Positions 25,261-35,468 are shown, counted from the first letter of the stretch. The stretch: DNA of 40,633 nt from Anaeromyxobacteraceae bacterium (GCA_036395165.1 DASWDS010000035.1:1-40633), one strand, 5' to 3'. Numbers and translations: made by a program. Notes: generated from the sequence alone by a model not told the origin.

Positions 25261-26370
25261 TCAACGCTCGGTTGCGGCCGCGCCGGACGACGCGCGCACG
25301 ACGAGCGAGCCGTGCAGCAGGATGTCGCGCGTCGGAAGGTCGCCACCCGAGATGCGGTCGAGCATCGCCGCGAGCGCGGCGGCCCCGATCTGCCGCGTCG
25401 GCTGGCGTAGCGTCGTGAGCGGCACGGGCAGCAAGGCCGCGTACTCCACGTCGTCGATCCCCACGAGCCGGACGTCGCGCGGCACGGCATACCCGAGCGC
25501 CAGCAGCGTGTGCATGAGGCGCGCCGCCGTCCAGTCGTTGGCGCAGACGACGGCGTCGGGACGATTCGACTCCATGACCGCACGGACCTCCGCCGGCTCC
25601 GCCGGATCGAGGCGGTGCACGAGGGAGCGATCGAACGGGACGTCCCGCGCGTGCAGCGCCTCGCGGTAGCCGGACTCGCGAGCGTCGACCGTCGCCGCCG
25701 CGTTCCGGATCGCCACGAACGCGATGCGGCGGGCGCCCAGGCCGAGGAGATGCTCCGTCACGACGTAGCCGGCGCGCCGGTTGTCGATCCCGACGAGATC
25801 GTGATGACCGCGCTGCGGGTACGGCACGACGGTCCTGTCGAGGAGGACCACCGGAATGCGGGCGTCGTCGAGCGCCTGCGCGATGCGGCGGTTCGTCTCG
25901 TCCTTCGCAAGCGTCAGCTCGAGCGGCGCGAAGAAGACCCCCGAGACCTTCCGATCCACGTACTGGCGGCACAGCTCCCAGGCGCGGTCCTCCTTGGACC
26001 CGCCCTCGCCCGTGAAGCTGCCCCACAGGAGCGCATGCTCGCGCGCGAGCGGCGAGGCCATCATCCCCTGGCAGATCGGCTCGAAGATGTCGGTCTCGCC
26101 CAGATCCGGGATGAGGAGCCCGAACGAGAGCGCGCCGGTGGCGCGTGCCGCCCTCACGAAGGTCCCGGAGCCGGCGCGCCGCTCCACGAGCCCGGCGAGC
26201 TGAAGGTCCCTCACCGCGCGGCCGATCGTGATCCGCGACGCTCCGAACTGGCGGACGAGCTCCGCCTCGCTCGGGAGCCGCTCGCCGCGCTTCCACCGCC
26301 CCGACCGGATCCCGCGCTCCAGGGCGCCGTACACTTGCTGGTGTTTGGGGACCCTGGCGATCGCGACCAT
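25261..26370 (-). CDS. GntR-HTH plus LacI-type sugar-binding regulator (AraR-like architecture)
   Basis: RLPSEAELVRQFGASRITIGRA...GSGTFV; C-terminal CANDWTA, VPRDVRLVGIDD, PLTTLRQP. Confidence 0.9.
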   Translation of the reverse strand: MVAIARVPKHQQVYGALERGIRSGRWKRGERLPSEAELVRQFGASRITIGRAVRDLQLAGLVERRAGSGTFVRAARATGALSFGLLIPDLGETDIFEPICQGMMASPLAREHALLWGSFTGEGGSKEDRAWELCRQYVDRKVSGVFFAPLELTLAKDETNRRIAQALDDARIPVVLLDRTVVPYPQRGHHDLVGIDNRRAGYVVTEHLLGLGARRIAFVAIRNAAATVDARESGYREALHARDVPFDRSLVHRLDPAEPAEVRAVMESNRPDAVVCANDWTAARLMHTLLALGYAVPRDVRLVGIDDVEYAALLPVPLTTLRQPTRQIGAAALAAMLDRISGGDLPTRDILLHGSLVVRASSGAAATER

Positions 26371-26378
26371 CGGGAAAT

Positions 26379-26388
26379 TGTTATAACA
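26379..26388. promoter_or_regulatory. Palindromic operator candidate for the GntR regulator
   Basis: Perfect palindrome TGTTATAACA immediately upstream of the regulator start. Confidence 0.5.
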
Positions 26389-26515
26389 GGTTAGCAACAT
26401 TTTCAAGCCGGATGGGCACAGCCATTGACTGATGCGGCTCATATTGACATGTTGCGTCAGAGCAAGATGACATGTCTGCCGGTCGAGGTCCGACCGGCCC
26501 AAGGAGCCGCCGCCG

Positions 26516-27343
26516 ATGGCCATCACCCCTGTTCGACCGAAGCACTTCCTCCTCGTGTCGGATTTCGACCAGACCCTCAGCTTCAACGACTCGGGCCTCG
26601 TCCTGAGCGAGCTCATCGGCGCCTCCGGATTCCAGGACAAGGTCGCGGGGCTCGCCCGGACCAACCTCGTCCAGCAGGGGGGAGAGCTCGCCTATCTCAT
26701 CCGTCACGACCCCGACTTCCGTGGCGTTCGACGCGAGCACCTCGTCGAGGCCGGCCGGAGGGTGCGCCTCCGGAGGGACATCCCGGTCCTGATGGACTTC
26801 CTCGAGCGCGGGGTCGAGGGGTGCCAGTTCTCCTTCTTCGTCGTGTCCGCGGCGCCGAAGGAGGTGATCCAGTCGGCGCTCTCCGGGATCGTCGCGCCCG
26901 AGCACATCTTCGGCACCGAGTTCGAGTACGACCCCGTCTCGGCGGAGGTGGGCTCGATCGTCCGGGCCGCCGCCGGCTACGGCAAGGTGTCGGTGGTGGA
27001 GGAGCTGGAGGAGCGGCTCGGCACCGAGCCGGACCGGACGATCTACGTGGGCGACGGCAGCTCGGACGTGCACGTCATGTTGCACGTGAACAACCGCGAC
27101 GGCTTCACGATCGCGGTCTCCGAGAACAAGCTCCTCGCCCGCATCGCGAAGAGCACCGTGCTGAGCGACAGCGCGTTCGGCATCGTCGTGCCGATCCTGG
27201 AGCAGCTCGTGGGCTGGCGCTCGCCGCAGATCCGCGACCTCTTCCAGACGTACGGGCTCACGCTGCACGACTGGGAGAAGGCCCACACGGATCGCGTCAC
27301 CATCCACGAGGCGCCGGCGAGCCTCGCCGCGGACGTCGCGTGA
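26516..27343 (+). CDS. HAD-superfamily phosphatase (subfamily IB-like)
   Basis: DFDQT motif I, VVSA motif II, GK motif III, VGDGSSD motif IV; AAGGAG RBS. Confidence 0.85.
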   Translation: MAITPVRPKHFLLVSDFDQTLSFNDSGLVLSELIGASGFQDKVAGLARTNLVQQGGELAYLIRHDPDFRGVRREHLVEAGRRVRLRRDIPVLMDFLERGVEGCQFSFFVVSAAPKEVIQSALSGIVAPEHIFGTEFEYDPVSAEVGSIVRAAAGYGKVSVVEELEERLGTEPDRTIYVGDGSSDVHVMLHVNNRDGFTIAVSENKLLARIAKSTVLSDSAFGIVVPILEQLVGWRSPQIRDLFQTYGLTLHDWEKAHTDRVTIHEAPASLAADVA

Positions 27344-27657
27344 CGCTCGCGCCCTCGATCGCGATCGAGGCCCTGGGATGGGCCGCGACCGCCGTCTTCG
27401 TCGGCTCGTACCTCGCCACGCGCGCGGAGACGCTGGTGCGCGCGCAGATGCTGGGCGCCCTGATGTGGGTGGCGTACGGCGCGCTCGTGCGCGCGCCGCC
27501 CGTGGTCGCGGCGAACGTGCTCGTCCTCGCCGCCGCGGCGTGGAAGAGCCGGCGGCGAGTCGCCATCACGCCGGTCCGCGCTGTCCCCCGTCCCACCACT
27601 TCGACAGGCTCTGCGCCGACGCCCGCGGATGATCGGCGTAGTGCGACACGTCGTTGA
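27340..27657 (+). CDS. Small three-TM membrane protein (YgjV/PQ-loop-like)
   Basis: GTGA overlap with the HAD gene; [13 protein letters not shown]...WVAYG...PVVAAN pattern. Confidence 0.65.
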   Translation: MTLAPSIAIEALGWAATAVFVGSYLATRAETLVRAQMLGALMWVAYGALVRAPPVVAANVLVLAAAAWKSRRRVAITPVRAVPRPTTSTGSAPTPADDRRSATRR

Positions 27658-28246
27658 AGAGCATGAGCCGCGCCCGCACCGGATCCTTGAAGTCCACGAC
27701 GTTCAGGCACGCCGGCGACTGGTCGAGCCGGTCGCGATAGCCGCGCGGGTCGATCCCGAGGAGGGCGCAGAGGACGAGCCGAAGGGTCGCCTTGTGCGAG
27801 ACGACGAGCGTCGTCTCGCCGTCGTGCGCGCTGGCGATCCCCCTCACGGCCGGGAGCGCGCGCGCGAGGACGGAGAGCCCGCTCTCGCCGCCCACCGGCG
27901 CGAACGTGAACGGGTCGCCCTCCCAGGAGGCATACTCGTCGCCGAAGCGCTCCTCCACCTGCCGGCGCGTGAGCCCCTCCCAACGGCCGTGCGAGATCTC
28001 CCGCAGCCCGTCCTCGTGGATCGGCGTCAGGCCGTGTGGCCGGGCGAGGATCTGCGCGGTCTCGACGGTGCGCGAGAGCGGGCTGCAGTAGACGGCGCCG
28101 ATGCGGTCGTGCGCAAGGCGCTCGGCGAGGCGCGCGACCTGCGCCCGCCCCTCGTCGGAGAGATCGACCCCCACGGCGCCCGAGAAGCGGTTCTCGGCGG
28201 TGAGCTGCGTCGCGCCGTGTCGAACGAAGTAGATCCGCGTTGCCAT
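27566..28246 (-). CDS. Histidine phosphatase / phosphoglycerate mutase family
   Basis: FVRHG, SPLSRT, LREISHGRWEG, GGES, VSHK. Confidence 0.92.
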   Translation of the reverse strand: MATRIYFVRHGATQLTAENRFSGAVGVDLSDEGRAQVARLAERLAHDRIGAVYCSPLSRTVETAQILARPHGLTPIHEDGLREISHGRWEGLTRRQVEERFGDEYASWEGDPFTFAPVGGESGLSVLARALPAVRGIASAHDGETTLVVSHKATLRLVLCALLGIDPRGYRDRLDQSPACLNVVDFKDPVRARLMLFNDVSHYADHPRASAQSLSKWWDGGQRGPA

Positions 28247-28318
28247 GTGGAGGTCTATACCCCGCCTCGTGTACGGCGGCGGGCCGTTCGGCGGCCGCCC
28301 CCCGGGTGGCGCTCGCTG

Positions 28319-29650
28319 CTACCTGTTGACCATCCGCTTCGGCACGCTCAGCACCGTCAGCGCGCCGATGACCAGCACCGCCGCGAGGACGTACATGCCG
28401 GTCACGGTGCTCTGGGTGAGGTCCTTGAGCCAGCCGATGACGTAGGGGCTCACGAAGCCCGCCAGGTTCCCCACGGAGTTGATGGTCGCGATCCCCGCGG
28501 CGGCGGCGACGCCGGTCAGGAACGCCGTCGGCAAGCTCCAGAAGAGCGGCGCCGACGTGATGATGCCGGCCGAGGCGACGGTGAGGCACGCGACGGCGAC
28601 GCCCAGGTGATGGGTCCCCGCCACCGTGCTGCCGACGAGACCGGCCCCGCCGAGCACCATCGGGATGGCGAGGTGCCAGCGCCGCTCGCGGGCGCGGTCG
28701 GCGCTCCGCCCGAAGAGGACCATCGCGATGACGGTCACGGTGTACGGGATCGCGGTGAGGAGCCCGATCTCGAGGACGCTCGTCGCGCCGGCGGACTTGA
28801 TGAGCGTGGGGAGCCAGAACGTGATCCCGTACTGCCCCATGACGCAGCAGAAGTAGATGAAGCACATGAGCCAGACGCGCCGGTCGGCGAACATCGCGCC
28901 GATCGAGGGATGCTCGACGATGTGCCTCCGCCCGTGCTCGATGTTGTGCTCGAGGACGGTCTTCTCCTCCTCCGAGAGCCACTTCGCCTTCCGGATGCCG
29001 TTGTCGAGGTAGAGGAGCACCGCGATGCCCATGATGAGCGAGGGGATCGCCTCGATGAGGAACATGGCCTGCCAGCCGCGCAGGCCGTGCGCGCCGTGGA
29101 GGCTCTGCATGATCCAGCCCGAGAGCGGACCGCCGAGCATGCCGGAGATGGGGATGGCGGTCATGAAGAGCGCCACGATGCGTGCCCGGCGGTCGCTCGG
29201 ATACCAGTAGGTCAGGTACAGGATGATGCCGGGGTAGAAGCCCGCCTCCGCGACGCCGAGCAGGAAGCGCAGCGTGTAGAAGTGCCACGGCACCCTCACG
29301 AAGAGCATCAGCCCCGAGATGATGCCCCACGTGATCATGATGCGGGCGATCCAGAGGCGGGCGCCCACCCGATGCATGATGACGTTGCTCGGCACCTCGA
29401 AGAGGAAGTAGCCGATGAAGAAGATGCCCGCGCCGAGGCCGTAGACGGTCTCGCTGAAGCTGAGGTCGCTCAGCATCTGCAGCTTGGCGAACCCGACGTT
29501 CACGCGGTCGAGGTAGGCGACGATGTAGCAGAGCATCAGGAACGGCACGAGGCGCCAGGTCACCTTGCGGTACGCGCGCTCCTCGACGGTCAGCGCCGCG
29601 CCGGCCCGGGTGTCCGGGTGGAGCAGCGGCTCCCTCATCACGTCGGTCAC
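28319..29650 (-). CDS. MFS sugar-acid transporter (ACS family), probable tetronate importer
   Basis: YLDRVNVGFA, FEVPSN, RFLLGVAEAGFYPG; GTGA overlap with denD. Confidence 0.9.
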   Translation of the reverse strand: MTDVMREPLLHPDTRAGAALTVEERAYRKVTWRLVPFLMLCYIVAYLDRVNVGFAKLQMLSDLSFSETVYGLGAGIFFIGYFLFEVPSNVIMHRVGARLWIARIMITWGIISGLMLFVRVPWHFYTLRFLLGVAEAGFYPGIILYLTYWYPSDRRARIVALFMTAIPISGMLGGPLSGWIMQSLHGAHGLRGWQAMFLIEAIPSLIMGIAVLLYLDNGIRKAKWLSEEEKTVLEHNIEHGRRHIVEHPSIGAMFADRRVWLMCFIYFCCVMGQYGITFWLPTLIKSAGATSVLEIGLLTAIPYTVTVIAMVLFGRSADRARERRWHLAIPMVLGGAGLVGSTVAGTHHLGVAVACLTVASAGIITSAPLFWSLPTAFLTGVAAAAGIATINSVGNLAGFVSPYVIGWLKDLTQSTVTGMYVLAAVLVIGALTVLSVPKRMVNR

Positions 29651-30660
29651 GGCGAAGCTCCTTCCCGCTCCGCCGCCTTCGGCGCGGCGGCGGGGCCGCT
29701 GTCCGCGACGTAGGCGCGGACCATCTCGTCGAAGCTGGCGTCCGCCTGGAACCCGAGCGCCTCTGCACGCGGCGTGGCGAACCGGCCCGGCCACGAGCTG
29801 ACGATGCGGACGACCGCGGGGTCGCGCTCCCAGCGGATGCGGCGCGACACCTCGGGCCCGGCGACGCGCTCGAGCGCGGCCACCATGTCGCGCACGGTGA
29901 CCGAGAGCCCGGGCATGTTGACGATCCGCGACGCGCCGAGCTGCTCGGCGTCGAGGTCATGCCCGTGGACGAGGTTCTCGACCGCCTTCCCCGGCGACAT
30001 GAGCCACATCACCGTCTCCGGGGGCACCGGGCAGATCGCCTCCACGCCGGCGAGCGGCTCCCGGATGATGCCGCTCGCGAAGCTGGAGGCCGCCTTGTTC
30101 GGCTTGCCCGGGCGGACGGAGATGGTGGGCATGCGCAGCGCGCGCCCGTCGATGAAGCCCTTGCGGCTGCAATCGTGCACGAGCAGCTCGCACATGAGCT
30201 TCTGCGCCCCGTACGAGCTCTGCGGCACGGCCGCGGTGTCGTCCTGCACGATGGGCGGGAGCGGCGCGCCGAAGACGGCGACCGAGCTCGTGAAGACGAC
30301 GCGCGGCCGGTTCTCGTTGCGGCGGGCGCGCTCCAGGATGAGCCGCGTCGCGTCGAAGTTGATCTGCATCCCGAGGTCGAAGTCGGCCTCGGCCTGACCA
30401 CTCACGATCGCAGCCAGGTGGAAGATCGCGTCGGTGTCGTCGTCGACAGCGGTCGCGACCATCGTCGGGTCGGCGATGTTGCCGGTCAGCACGCGGACGC
30501 GCCGATCCCTCACGTCGGGAGGCGCCACCACGTCGAGCAGCGTCAGCCGCTCGATCTCCTCTTCTCTCCCGCCGGGGCCGAGCAGCGTCCCCTTCTGCAG
30601 GAGCCGCCTGGCGAGCCGGGCGCCGAGGAAGCCCGCGCCACCCGTGATCAGGACGTTCAT
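29647..30660 (-). CDS. denD: D-erythronate dehydrogenase (extended SDR)
   Basis: TGGAGFLG, FHLAAIVSGQAEADFDLG, SYGAQK, VRPGKPNKAASSF; cluster context. Confidence 0.85.
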   Translation of the reverse strand: MNVLITGGAGFLGARLARRLLQKGTLLGPGGREEEIERLTLLDVVAPPDVRDRRVRVLTGNIADPTMVATAVDDDTDAIFHLAAIVSGQAEADFDLGMQINFDATRLILERARRNENRPRVVFTSSVAVFGAPLPPIVQDDTAAVPQSSYGAQKLMCELLVHDCSRKGFIDGRALRMPTISVRPGKPNKAASSFASGIIREPLAGVEAICPVPPETVMWLMSPGKAVENLVHGHDLDAEQLGASRIVNMPGLSVTVRDMVAALERVAGPEVSRRIRWERDPAVVRIVSSWPGRFATPRAEALGFQADASFDEMVRAYVADSGPAAAPKAAEREGASP

Positions 30661-30832
30661 CGCTCTCCTCCCCGCGCGGCGAGGTGCTGCGGCACCGCGC
30701 GCCGTGGACCATCCGCCGCCGGGATGACCACTGTATGGACGAGCGAAGCGAGCCTGCCGGGGCGATGCTGGGGAACCGGCGAAGCCGGACCCAGCAGCGC
30801 ACGGGACCCGGCCAGCAGGGGTGGGGCACCGG

Positions 30833-30868
30833 CCAGCTTCGCTGGACGGGGCGGGGGCGCAGCCCCCG
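30833..30868. repeat. REP-like double hairpin in the denD-ltnD intergenic region
   Basis: CCAGC-TTC-GCTGG followed by CGGGGGC-GCA-GCCCCCG. Confidence 0.4.
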
Positions 30869-31109
30869 TTCGATCAAAGACCCGCACGAGCACCCCGCGC
30901 ATGAGCCTCCTACCCCGACCTCAACGTAGCGCGCCTGGGCCCGACCGGCAGCCACCGGCGGCGCCAGGCGAGACGCTCCGGGACGTGGCGGCGAGCGCTT
31001 GCCGTGGTCGCGTCCGTTCACGGCGACGAGAGCGCCTGGGCGGGTGAGCCGGCTGCGCGAGCCGGCCGAGGCGGCGAAGCGGCCGGACGCGTCCGGCGAG
31101 AGGAGAGCG

Positions 31110-32030
31110 ATGGCCACGCAGGCGCAGCAGTCCATGAGGGTGGGCGTCATCGGCCTGGGCTCGATGGGCCTCGGCGTCGCGCGGTCGCTCCTGCGCGCGG
31201 GCTTCGAGGTGCACGCCTTCGACGTGCGGCGCGAGGCGGTGGAGGGCTTCCGGCGCGAGGGCGGCCGAGCATCGGCGACGCCCGCCGAGCTCGGCCGCCA
31301 GGTGGAGGCCGTCATCACGCTGGTGGTGAGCTCGGACCAGACCGACCAGGTCCTCTTCGGGCAGGACGGCGCGGCGCCGGCCCTCGCCAAGGGTTCGGTG
31401 GTCATCACGAGCGCCACCGTCGCGCCGGAATACGCGGCGGCGCTCGGCGAGCGGCTCGACCGCATGGACCTCCTGCACATCGACGCGCCGGTCTCCGGCG
31501 GCGCCGCCAAGGCTGCGGCGGGTCAGCTCTCGATCATGGCGTCGGGTAGCCCCGCCGCCTTCGAGCGGTGCCGCCCGGTGCTCGACGCGATCGCCGCCAA
31601 GGTCTACCGGCTCGGCGACGCGTCCGGGCAGGGCTCGAAGGTGAAGATGGTGAACCAGCTCCTCGCCGGCGTGCACATCGCCGCGGCCGCCGAGGCGATG
31701 GCCCTCTGCCTCAAGGCGGGAGCCGATCCCGCCGTCGTGTACGACGTCATCTGCAACAGCGCCGGCTCCTCCTGGATGTTCCAGAACCGCGTGCCGCACA
31801 TCCTCGCCGGCGACTTCACGCCGCTCTCGGCCATCGGCATCTTCGTCAAGGACCTCGGGATCGTGCTCGACTCGGCGCGCCGGAGCGGGATGCCGCTCCC
31901 GCTCACCGCCGCCGCGCACCAGATGTTCCTCATGGCCGCGGCCGCGGGACACGGCGGGGAGGACGACTCCGCCGTCATCAAGATCTTCCCCGGCGTCGAG
32001 CTCCCGCGATCCGCCCCGAAGAAGGAGTGA
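31110..32030 (+). CDS. ltnD: L-threonate dehydrogenase (HIBADH family)
   Basis: GVIGLGSMG, DAPVSGGA, KMVNQLLAGVHIA, SWMFQNRVPH, FVKDLGIV; AGGAG RBS. Confidence 0.88.
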   Translation: MATQAQQSMRVGVIGLGSMGLGVARSLLRAGFEVHAFDVRREAVEGFRREGGRASATPAELGRQVEAVITLVVSSDQTDQVLFGQDGAAPALAKGSVVITSATVAPEYAAALGERLDRMDLLHIDAPVSGGAAKAAAGQLSIMASGSPAAFERCRPVLDAIAAKVYRLGDASGQGSKVKMVNQLLAGVHIAAAAEAMALCLKAGADPAVVYDVICNSAGSSWMFQNRVPHILAGDFTPLSAIGIFVKDLGIVLDSARRSGMPLPLTAAAHQMFLMAAAAGHGGEDDSAVIKIFPGVELPRSAPKKE

Positions 32031-32034
32031 GACG

Positions 32035-33303
32035 ATGGCCCCGTTCCTCGGCTGCGTCGCGGACGACTTCACCGGCGCGACCGATGTGGCCGGCATGCTC
32101 GTGCGCGCGGGCATGCGGACCGTGCAGATGATCGGCGTCCCCGCCTCGGCGCCGCCGCCGGACGTGGACGCGATCGTCGTCGCCCTGAAGTCCCGCACCA
32201 TCGCGCCCGCCGCGGCCGTCGAGCAGTCGCTCGCCGCGCTGCGCTGGCTGCAGGAGGCGGGCTGCCGGCGCTCCTACTTCAAGTACTGCTCCACCTTCGA
32301 CTCGACGGACGAGGGGAACATCGGCCCCGTCGCCGACGCGCTCATGTCGGCGCTGCGGGCAGGGTTCACGATCGCTTGCCCGGCCTTCCCCGAGGCCGGA
32401 CGGACGATCTTCAAGGGCTACCTCTTCGTCGGCGACGTCCTCCTCTCGGAGAGCGGGATGCGCCACCACCCGCTCACGCCCATGACCGACCCGAGCCTGG
32501 TGCGCGTGCTGCAGCGCCAGACCCGCCGCAAGGTCGGTCTCGCCGATCACGCCGCCGTCTCGGGTGGGTGGGAGCGCCTGCGGGCGCGCTTCGACGAGCT
32601 CCGCCGCGACGGCGTCGAGATCGCCATCGTGGACGCGACCTCCAACGACGACCTGCTCGCCATCGGCGCGGCCTGCGCGGACCTGCCGCTCGTGACGGGC
32701 GGCTCGGGGATCGCGCTGGGTCTCCCGCCTGCGTGGCGCGGCGCCGGGCTGCTCGGCACCGTCGGGGCTGCCGACATGCTCCCTCGAGCGGACGGGACGC
32801 GGGCGATCGTCGCCGGCAGCTCCTCGATCGCGACGCAGGGCCAGGTGGCGGCCGCGCTCGAGGAGGGCATGCCGGCGTTCCGCGTCGACCCCCTGCGGCT
32901 CGCGGCGGGGGAAGACGTGGTGGGGTCCGCCGTCGACTGGGCGGCGCCGCTCCTCCGGCGCGGGCCCGTCCTCGTCTACGCGACGGCCGCGCCGGAGCGG
33001 GTGCGGGAGGTCCAGGAGCGGCTGGGCCGCGAGCGGGCGGGAGAGCTGGTGGAGCAGGCGCTGGCGGCCATCGCGCGCGCCCTCGTCGAGCGTGGCGTGG
33101 GGCGGCTCATCGTGGCGGGCGGGGAGACGTCCGGCGCGGTCGTCAGCGCGCTCGGCGTGAAGGGCCTCCGGATCGGGCCCCAGATCGCCCCCGGCGTGCC
33201 CTGGACCTCGACGCTCGGCGGGCGCACGCTCTCGCTGGCGCTCAAGTCGGGCAACTTCGGCGGGCGCGACTTCTTCCTCCGGGCGTGGAGCACGCTGCCA
33301 TGA
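32035..33303 (+). CDS. otnK: 3-oxo-tetronate kinase (DUF1537 family)
   Basis: ADDFTGATD, KYCSTFDST, HHPLTPMTD, AGGETSG, LKSGNFG. Confidence 0.92.
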   Translation: MAPFLGCVADDFTGATDVAGMLVRAGMRTVQMIGVPASAPPPDVDAIVVALKSRTIAPAAAVEQSLAALRWLQEAGCRRSYFKYCSTFDSTDEGNIGPVADALMSALRAGFTIACPAFPEAGRTIFKGYLFVGDVLLSESGMRHHPLTPMTDPSLVRVLQRQTRRKVGLADHAAVSGGWERLRARFDELRRDGVEIAIVDATSNDDLLAIGAACADLPLVTGGSGIALGLPPAWRGAGLLGTVGAADMLPRADGTRAIVAGSSSIATQGQVAAALEEGMPAFRVDPLRLAAGEDVVGSAVDWAAPLLRRGPVLVYATAAPERVREVQERLGRERAGELVEQALAAIARALVERGVGRLIVAGGETSGAVVSALGVKGLRIGPQIAPGVPWTSTLGGRTLSLALKSGNFGGRDFFLRAWSTLP

Positions 33304-33938
33304 ACGAGACCCGCCTCCGCGAGCAGCTCTGCGCATACGGCAAGTCCCTCTTCGACCGCGGCCTCACGGCGGGCAGCAGCGGCAATCTCAGCGCGCGCCT
33401 CGAGGAGGGGTGGCTCCTCACGCCCACCAACTCGTCCCTGGGCGCGCTCGATCCGTCACGCCTCTCGAAGCTCGACCGGGAGGGCCGCCTCCTCTCGGGC
33501 GACCCCCCGTCGAAGGAGGCGTTCCTGCACCGGAGCATGTACGAGGAGCGCGCCGGCGCCGCCGCCATCGTGCACCTCCACTCGACGCACGCGGCCGCGG
33601 TCTCGTGCATGAGCGGCCTCGACCCCCTGGATTGCATCCCGCCGCTCACGCCCTACTACGTGATGAAGATCGGGCGCCTGCCGCTCGTGCCCTATCACCG
33701 CCCTGGCGATCCGCGCCTCGCCGACGTCGTGCGGTGGCTCGCCCGCCGTCACGCCGCCGTGCTGCTCGCGAACCACGGCCCGGTGGTGTCGGGGAGCTCG
33801 CTCGACGCCGCCGTGAACGCGAGCGAGGAGCTGGAGGAGACCGCCAAGCTCTTCCTGCTCCTGCGCGGGCACGCGCCGCGCGTGCTCACCGGGGAGCAGA
33901 TCCATGATCTCGCGGCCGCGTTCAAGCTGGACCTCTGA
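33300..33938 (+). CDS. otnC: 3-oxo-tetronate 4-phosphate decarboxylase (class II aldolase)
   Basis: GSSGNLS, PSKE, VHLHS, LLANHG; ATGA overlap with otnK. Confidence 0.9.
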   Translation: MNETRLREQLCAYGKSLFDRGLTAGSSGNLSARLEEGWLLTPTNSSLGALDPSRLSKLDREGRLLSGDPPSKEAFLHRSMYEERAGAAAIVHLHSTHAAAVSCMSGLDPLDCIPPLTPYYVMKIGRLPLVPYHRPGDPRLADVVRWLARRHAAVLLANHGPVVSGSSLDAAVNASEELEETAKLFLLLRGHAPRVLTGEQIHDLAAAFKLDL

Positions 33939-33954
33939 CCTGCGGGAGTCGCGG

Positions 33955-34740
33955 ATGCCCAAGTTCGCCGCCAACCTGACGATGATGTTCAACGAGGTGC
34001 CGTTCCTCCAGCGCTTCACCGCCGCTGCCGAGGCGGGCTTCGAGGCCGTCGAGTTCCTCTTTCCGTACGACCACCCGCCCGAGGAGGTCGCGGCGCGGCT
34101 TCGCGCGGCGCGCCTGAGCAACGTCCTCTTCAACATGCCCCCGGGCGACTGGGCCGGAGGCGAGCGCGGCATCGGCGCGCTCCCGGGACGCGAGCAGGAG
34201 TTCCGCGATGGCGTCGTGCGCGCCCTGCGCTATGCCGAGGCGCTCGGGACGCCCACCCTGCACGCCATGTCGGGCCTCGTCCCCGCCGGCGCCGAGCGGG
34301 CCGCCTACCACAGGACCTACGTCGAGAACCTGCGCCACGCCGCGCACGAAACCGCCCGCCGCGGCATCACGCTCGTCGTCGAGCCCATCAACACCCGCGA
34401 CATCCCCGGCTACCTGATCAATACGCAGGCGGAGGCGCACGCGCTCCGCGAGGAGGTCGGCGCCGACAATCTGAAGGTGCAGATGGACCTGTACCACGCG
34501 CAGATCGTCGAGGGCGACGTCACCATGAAGCTCCGCAAGTGGGTGCGCCACGTCGGCCACGTCCAGATCGCGAGCGTGCCCGAGCGCAACGAGCCGGACG
34601 TGGGCGAGCTCAATTACCCCCACCTCTTCCGCGTCCTCGACGAGCTCGGCTACCAGGGCTGGGTGGGCTGCGAGTACAAGCCCGCCCGCGGGACGGTGGC
34701 AGGGCTGGGCTGGTTCGCTCCCTATCGCCGCACGACGTGA
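33955..34740 (+). CDS. otnI: 2-oxo-tetronate isomerase (Hyi family)
   Basis: [35 protein letters not shown]. Confidence 0.88.
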   Translation: MPKFAANLTMMFNEVPFLQRFTAAAEAGFEAVEFLFPYDHPPEEVAARLRAARLSNVLFNMPPGDWAGGERGIGALPGREQEFRDGVVRALRYAEALGTPTLHAMSGLVPAGAERAAYHRTYVENLRHAAHETARRGITLVVEPINTRDIPGYLINTQAEAHALREEVGADNLKVQMDLYHAQIVEGDVTMKLRKWVRHVGHVQIASVPERNEPDVGELNYPHLFRVLDELGYQGWVGCEYKPARGTVAGLGWFAPYRRTT

Positions 34741-34749
34741 GCGCTAGAG

Positions 34750-34794
34750 TTTCGTCTCCCTCTCCCTGGAAGCAAGCGGGGGAGGGGGACGAAA
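34750..34794. terminator. 17-bp hairpin between convergent otnI and msrA (REP-like, possible bidirectional terminator)
   Basis: TTTCGTCTCCCTCTCCC pairs with GGGGGAGGGGGACGAAA, including two G-U pairs. Confidence 0.65.
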
Positions 34795-34805
34795 TCCGAC
34801 GCTCG

Positions 34806-35468
34806 CTACCTGGCCGCGCGGGGACGATGCGGCGCCGGGCACGAGAGCGTGCCGTGCTTCTCGTCCCACTGCTGATGGTAGTCCTCCGCCACCCAGAACG
34901 AGCCGGCGGCGGCGATCTCCGTCGTGATCGGGTCGGCGAGGCGCTTCTGCTCCTCCGCTCGAGACGCGAGCGCCGACGCCATCTGCTCCGGGCCGAAGGT
35001 GAAGATCGCCGAGCGGTACTGGCTGCCGCGGTCCGGGCCCTGCCGGTCGCCGCTCGTCGGGTCATGGCTCTCCCAGAAGAGCTTGAGCAGCTCGGCGTAG
35101 CTGACCTGGGCGGGATCGAACTCGACCAGGACCGCCTCGGCGTGCCCCGTCCTGTGCGTGCAGACGTCCTCGTAGCTGGGGTTCTGGGTGTGGCCGCCCG
35201 TGTAGCCGACGGCGGTCGCCACCACGCCTCGCACCTTGCGGAAGCGCTCCTCGACGCCCCAGAAGCACCCCTGGGCGAAGACGGAGAGCTGGTTCTTGCC
35301 GGAGGGGACGAGGGCCGTGCCGTGCCCGACGTTGCCGGGGCGCGTGCCGCAGGCCGGATTGCCGATCATGACCTTCTCTCCGTTCCTGGCGGGCGCAGAG
35401 CGCGCGTGGATCGCCGCGCCCATCGCGGCGGCGATCGCGAGCGCGCCGAGCAGCGGGGCCGCCTTCAC
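34806..35468 (-). CDS. msrA: Peptide methionine (S)-sulfoxide reductase with N-terminal signal peptide
   Basis: [30 protein letters not shown]; hydrophobic N-terminus. Confidence 0.93.
   Translation of the reverse strand: MKAAPLLGALAIAAAMGAAIHARSAPARNGEKVMIGNPACGTRPGNVGHGTALVPSGKNQLSVFAQGCFWGVEERFRKVRGVVATAVGYTGGHTQNPSYEDVCTHRTGHAEAVLVEFDPAQVSYAELLKLFWESHDPTSGDRQGPDRGSQYRSAIFTFGPEQMASALASRAEEQKRLADPITTEIAAAGSFWVAEDYHQQWDEKHGTLSCPAPHRPRAAR

Noticed and set aside
27297-29960. 887-aa minus-strand ORF and similar Arg/Ala/Pro-rich ORFs throughout the window
   Set aside because: These are alternative-frame artefacts over clearly identifiable genes.
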